In this document: positions 36,311 to 36,364 of the stretch, in pieces | How positions within the stretch are numbered: the stretch's first letter is position 1 | Layout of the letters: each line of letters begins with the position of its first letter | Source of the DNA: an uncultured Oscillospiraceae bacterium | GTDB taxonomy: Bacteria; Bacillota; Clostridia; DSM-8532 | DNA length: 36,364 nt | Reading direction: 5' to 3' | Assembly (NCBI GenBank): GCA_964610205.1 | Contig: CAZSVI010000022.1 | Location: 1 to 36,364 of the forward strand | Notes under the pieces: model-generated | Told to the model about the DNA's origin: nothing | What the model saw: the letters and a program-made list of their open reading frames with translations, nothing else | The model's database searches: none | Program-made: the position numbers and the translations under genes

Positions 36311-36364
36311 GGCCCATTGGTCAAGCGGTTAAGACACCGCCCTTTCACGGCGGTAACAGGGGTT
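36311..36364 (+). tRNA. tRNA-Glu (UUC), 5' 54 nt; continues beyond window end
   Basis: GGCCCAUUGGUCAAGCGGUUAAGACACCGCCCUUUCACGGCGGUAACAGGGGUU has the typical tRNA-Glu D-arm and a CUUUCAC anticodon loop. Confidence 0.75.

Noticed and set aside
1-36364. CRISPR arrays, transposases, integrases, toxin-antitoxin pairs
   Set aside because: No direct-repeat/spacer arrays and no ORF with recombinase or transposase motifs. The accessory character comes from metabolic and transport genes and small repeats.

Overview
The window looks like a Firmicutes (Clostridia-type) chromosomal segment with about 43 % GC. I found no transposase, integrase, CRISPR array or other mobile-element hallmark.

The left half is a conserved housekeeping backbone. 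On the + strand it reads veg, a cupin protein, an Fe-alcohol dehydrogenase, a solo rpsR, a small MazG-like gene, rplI, dnaB, then tilS-hpt-ftsH. A truncated fhs runs off the window start on the minus strand.

The right half is accessory. It holds a YdjI/YdjG/YdjH-like membrane-stress triad (SPFH protein with zinc ribbons, zinc-ribbon membrane protein, TPM-domain protein) with no pspA. It also holds a 2-hydroxy-acid module (fused NDP-forming acyl-CoA synthetase, FAD-linked oxidase, LarA-like protein), a GH78 alpha-L-rhamnosidase with a divergent AraC regulator, an orphan 567-aa membrane protein, and a split MetH with a separate activation-domain protein. It ends in a tRNA-Met/tRNA-Glu operon.

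The most interesting structure is a long co-directional minus-strand block. It begins with a T-box leader carrying the canonical AAAGGUGGUACCGCAG antiterminator sequence and a specifier loop that reads AAA-UGG-A. That leader precedes a TrpP-like ECF S component, EcfA, EcfA', EcfT and then iorA-iorB-paaK, with no convincing internal promoter. This suggests a tRNA-Trp-sensed tryptophan uptake and arylacetate-to-aromatic-amino-acid salvage locus.

Three non-coding repeat or structure families are not explained by the genes. The first is a ~135-nt nested-palindrome element present between ecfT and iorA and again, minus its large inner hairpin, in the metH 5' leader. The second is a ~35-nt intergenic motif (TTATAACGAGGAACCAAGAT-TCCCCCACCTCTAT) in three full and two partial copies. 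The third is a 260-bp element with 43-bp inverted arms (20855..21115), which looks like either a structured ncRNA or a MITE.

Coordinates follow the supplied ORF track. Starts were refined by RBS inspection where noted.
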